From Acidobacteriota bacterium (GTDB lineage: Bacteria > Acidobacteriota > UBA4820 > DSQY01): a stretch of 25,253 bases of DNA. This document shows, in pieces, positions 22,736 to 25,253 of the stretch. The translations under genes were made by a program, and so were the position numbers. Positions within the stretch are counted from its first letter, which is position 1; the number at the start of each line of letters is the position of its first letter. The notes under the pieces are model-generated. The model saw only the letters and a list, made by a program, of their open reading frames with translations, did not search any database and was not told where the DNA came from. Location: assembly GCA_037443845.1 (NCBI GenBank), contig JBBINO010000015.1, positions 12,575 through 37,827 of the forward strand, written 5' to 3'.

Positions 22736-25003
22736 CTAGCTCTTGATTGTGTTCAGCGCGCTTCCCGCCTTGAACCAGCCGATCTGCTCGGCGTTGAGGC
22801 TGTGGTTCAGCATGAACTCGTCCTTCGTCCCGTCGGAGTGGTCAATCCGGCACGCAACGGGCTTGCCCGGGGCCAATTCCTTCAGTCCAAGGATGCTAAC
22901 CCTGTCATCGGCCTTTACCTTGTCGTAGTCAGCCGGGTTCTGGAAGGTCAGAGGAAGCACCCCCTGCTTCTTGAGGTTCGACTCGTGAATGCGGGCGAAC
23001 GACCTCGTTATGACAGCGGCGGCGCCGAGGTATCTCGGCGACATGGCGGCGTGCTCGCGGCTCGACCCTTCACCGTAGTTCTCGTCGCCCACGGCGACCC
23101 AGCGCAACCCTTTGGCCTTCAGGTCGCGCGCGATCTTCGGATAGGCCAGTCCGGCCTCCTTCGTCAGAGGGTGTACGCCCTTTCCCGCCTCGCCCGTGAA
23201 GGCGTTAATGGCTCCCGTGAACATGTTGTCGGAGATTTTATCCAGGTGGCCTCTATACCTCAGCCATGGGCCGGCCGGCGAGATGTGGTCGGTCGTGCAC
23301 TTGCCCTTCGCCTTGAGAAGGACCGGAAGTTTCTCGTAATCGCCGCCCTGCCACGGGGCGAACGGCGTGAGCACCTGCAAACGCTCGCTCTGCTCGGCCA
23401 CGGCGACGACAACCTTGGAGGGGTCTTCAGCCGGGGCCTGGAATCCCTTCGTGTCCTTTATGAAGCCCTTCGCGGGAAGGTCAGGAGCGGGCTTCGGAGG
23501 GGTCAAGACAAACTTCTTCCCGTCCTTCGCGGTCAAGGGCTCCTTCGTCGGGTCAATGCCCAGCCGGCCGAAGAGCGCGAAGGCGACCACGACCTCCGGG
23601 CTCGAAATGAACGAGGCCGTCGCCGGGTTGCCGTCATTCCTCTTCGGAAAGTTTCTGTTGAAGGACGAGATGATGGAGTTCTTCTCGCCCTGTTTGATGT
23701 CGTCACGCTTCCACTGGCCGATGCAGGGGCCGCAGGCGTTGGCGAGCACCACCGCGCCGATCTTTTCGAGCGCCTCCATCTGGCCGTCGCGGCGGATCGT
23801 CTGGTGAACCTGCTCGCTTCCCGGCGAAACCATCAGCGGAATCGCTAGCTTTAGCCCCTTCGACGCCGCCTCTCTTGCCACCTCGGCGGCGCGCCCCATG
23901 TCCTCGTACGAGGAGTTGGTGCACGAGCCTATCAACGCGAAGGTGAGGTTGTCGGGATAACCTTCCTTCGGAACGGCTGCCTTCAGCTCGCCGAGGGTGC
24001 GGGCCAGGTCCGGCGTATGCGGCCCCACGACGTGCGGTTCGAGCTTTGAAAGGTCAATCTCCACCACCTGATCGAAGAACTTCTCCGGCGACGCGGCCAC
24101 CTCGTCGTCTGCGCGAAGAAGATCGGCGTTCTTGGCGGCGATCTCGGCCAGCGCTCCCCTTGCGGTCCCCTTCAAGTAATCGGCCATCCTGGCGTCGAAC
24201 GGAAACACCGAAGTCGTCGCCCCAAGCTCAGCGCCCATGTTTGTTATCGTCGCCTTGCCGGTGCATGAGATCGCCTCGACTCCCGGGCCGAAATACTCTA
24301 TGACGCGGTTTGTCCCGCCCTTGACGGTGAGAATGCCGAGAAGCTTCAGGATGACGTCCTTGGGCGATGTCCAGCCGGAGGGCTTTCCCGTGAGCCTGAC
24401 TCCCACTAGCTTGGGATAGAGGACCTCCCAAGGGAAGCCGGCCATCACGTCAACGGCGTCCGCGCCGCCCACGCCGGAAGCGAACATCCCCAGTCCTCCC
24501 GCGTTGGGCGTGTGACTGTCCGTCCCGATGATCATCCCTCCCGGGAAGGCGTAGTTTTCAAGCACCACCTGATGAATGATCCCGGAGCCCGGCTTCCAGA
24601 AGCCCATGCCGTACTTCGAGGCCGCCGAAGCGAGGAAGGCGTAAACTTCCCTGTTCTCGTCCTCGGCCTTCGGCAAGTCAACGCCCGCGCCTTTGTAGGC
24701 TTGAATCAAGTGGTCGCAGTGGACCGTAGTCGGCACCGCGACCCGCGGCCGTCCCGACTGCATGAACTGCAAAATGGCCATCTGCGCCGTCGCGTCCTGC
24801 ATGGCAACCCGGTCGGGCCTCAGATAGATGTAGCTCTTTCCAGGAGAAAGCTCCGCCTTCGAGACGTCGTCCAAGTGGCCGAACAATACTTTCTCGGCGT
24901 AGGTAAGCGGCCGCGAAAGCCGCTTGCGGATGACTTCCAGGTTTTTTCTCGTCCTGGCGTAGGCCGCCCCCACGAATTCGGGAGTTGATTCAATATTTGC
25001 CAT
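22736..25003 (-). CDS. Aconitate hydratase (aconitase family, about 755 aa).
   Basis: Aconitase motifs (ACGPCIGQW, SFNRNF, IGSCTNSS). ATG at 25003 with GGAGGAG RBS. The track's 25081 start was rejected. Confidence 0.85.
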   Translation of the reverse strand: MANIESTPEFVGAAYARTRKNLEVIRKRLSRPLTYAEKVLFGHLDDVSKAELSPGKSYIYLRPDRVAMQDATAQMAILQFMQSGRPRVAVPTTVHCDHLIQAYKGAGVDLPKAEDENREVYAFLASAASKYGMGFWKPGSGIIHQVVLENYAFPGGMIIGTDSHTPNAGGLGMFASGVGGADAVDVMAGFPWEVLYPKLVGVRLTGKPSGWTSPKDVILKLLGILTVKGGTNRVIEYFGPGVEAISCTGKATITNMGAELGATTSVFPFDARMADYLKGTARGALAEIAAKNADLLRADDEVAASPEKFFDQVVEIDLSKLEPHVVGPHTPDLARTLGELKAAVPKEGYPDNLTFALIGSCTNSSYEDMGRAAEVAREAASKGLKLAIPLMVSPGSEQVHQTIRRDGQMEALEKIGAVVLANACGPCIGQWKRDDIKQGEKNSIISSFNRNFPKRNDGNPATASFISSPEVVVAFALFGRLGIDPTKEPLTAKDGKKFVLTPPKPAPDLPAKGFIKDTKGFQAPAEDPSKVVVAVAEQSERLQVLTPFAPWQGGDYEKLPVLLKAKGKCTTDHISPAGPWLRYRGHLDKISDNMFTGAINAFTGEAGKGVHPLTKEAGLAYPKIARDLKAKGLRWVAVGDENYGEGSSREHAAMSPRYLGAAAVITRSFARIHESNLKKQGVLPLTFQNPADYDKVKADDRVSILGLKELAPGKPVACRIDHSDGTKDEFMLNHSLNAEQIGWFKAGSALNTIKS

Positions 25004-25049
25004 TGTCTCCTCCAAGTGCGCCGGCGGCATCCCCGCCCGGCAGGCGCCT

Positions 25050-25078
25050 ATTATAGCCACCCCCGCCCCCGCGTTCAA
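25050..25078 (-). promoter_or_regulatory. Near-consensus sigma70 promoter TTGAAC-N17-TATAAT for the aconitase gene.
   Basis: Reverse complement of GTTCAA (25073-25078) and of ATTATA (25050-25055). The 17-nt spacer is G-rich. Confidence 0.55.
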
Positions 25079-25122
25079 CACGCCCGGCTGAAAAGGAGAT
25101 TTTCCACCAATACTTCAAGGCG

Positions 25123-25213
25123 CAAGGCCGATGGGCGCGCCGCTTCGCGGCGCGAAAGAAATTCTCACCACAAAGGACACCAAGGACACGAAGGGAAGGA
25201 TTGAACCACAGAG
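25123..25213 (+). repeat. Composite repeat: a copy of the 16-mer CAAGGCCGATGGGCGC, then a GCGCCGC-TTC-GCGGCGC hairpin, then R1 copy C.
   Basis: 25123-25138 matches 3703-3718. 25155-25213 matches R1 at 3531-3590 and 4068-4099. Confidence 0.65.
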
Positions 25214-25253
25214 ATGGGATGAGGAGGCCGGCTCCAGCGGAGTCCATTAAAAT

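Noticed and set aside
22802-23848. 348-aa plus-strand ORF antisense to aconitase, and 19772-20599(-) antisense to the PP-loop and S2P genes.
   Set aside because: Arg-rich antisense artefacts of GC-rich coding DNA.

Overview
High-GC bacterial segment, roughly 65-75% G+C by hand-counted samples. RBSs are strongly GGAGG-type and the genes are mostly ordinary chromosomal ones. Annotated genes, in order: the 3' end of a helicase-associated DUF1998 protein fused to a DEDD 3'-5' exonuclease domain; a PAS-rich hybrid histidine kinase; a large SPFH/flotillin-like protein with N-terminal repeats; a DUF4388 protein; a polytopic membrane protein; a secreted M1 metallopeptidase; an ArsR regulator; a minus-strand iron-uptake operon (ArsR/SmtB-like regulator, FeoB, small Cys-rich zinc-ribbon ORF, DtxR-family repressor); a PP-loop ATPase / S2P protease / PlsC acyltransferase operon; TruD; and an aconitase with a near-consensus promoter. 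The accessory-looking part is 3.5-8.4 kb. It contains about 1 kb of gene-free, repeat- and hairpin-dense DNA, then a roughly 2.2 kb segment with visibly lower G+C (about 48% in one hand-counted 60-nt sample). That segment carries three co-oriented genes with textbook AAGGAG RBSs: a small P-loop NTPase and two proteins I cannot assign to any family. Then come more repeats. The repeats include GTGNNNN/CACNNNN heptanucleotide tandem arrays, some arranged as long imperfect palindromes. There is also a roughly 60-bp dispersed element in three copies, a 150-bp element with perfect 15-bp terminal inverted repeats, and a 42-bp tandem array of about six units. I judge the low-GC three-gene module and its flanking repeat architecture to be the most likely place for an undescribed system. 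Identity searches and structural modelling are needed to take this further; I could not run either.
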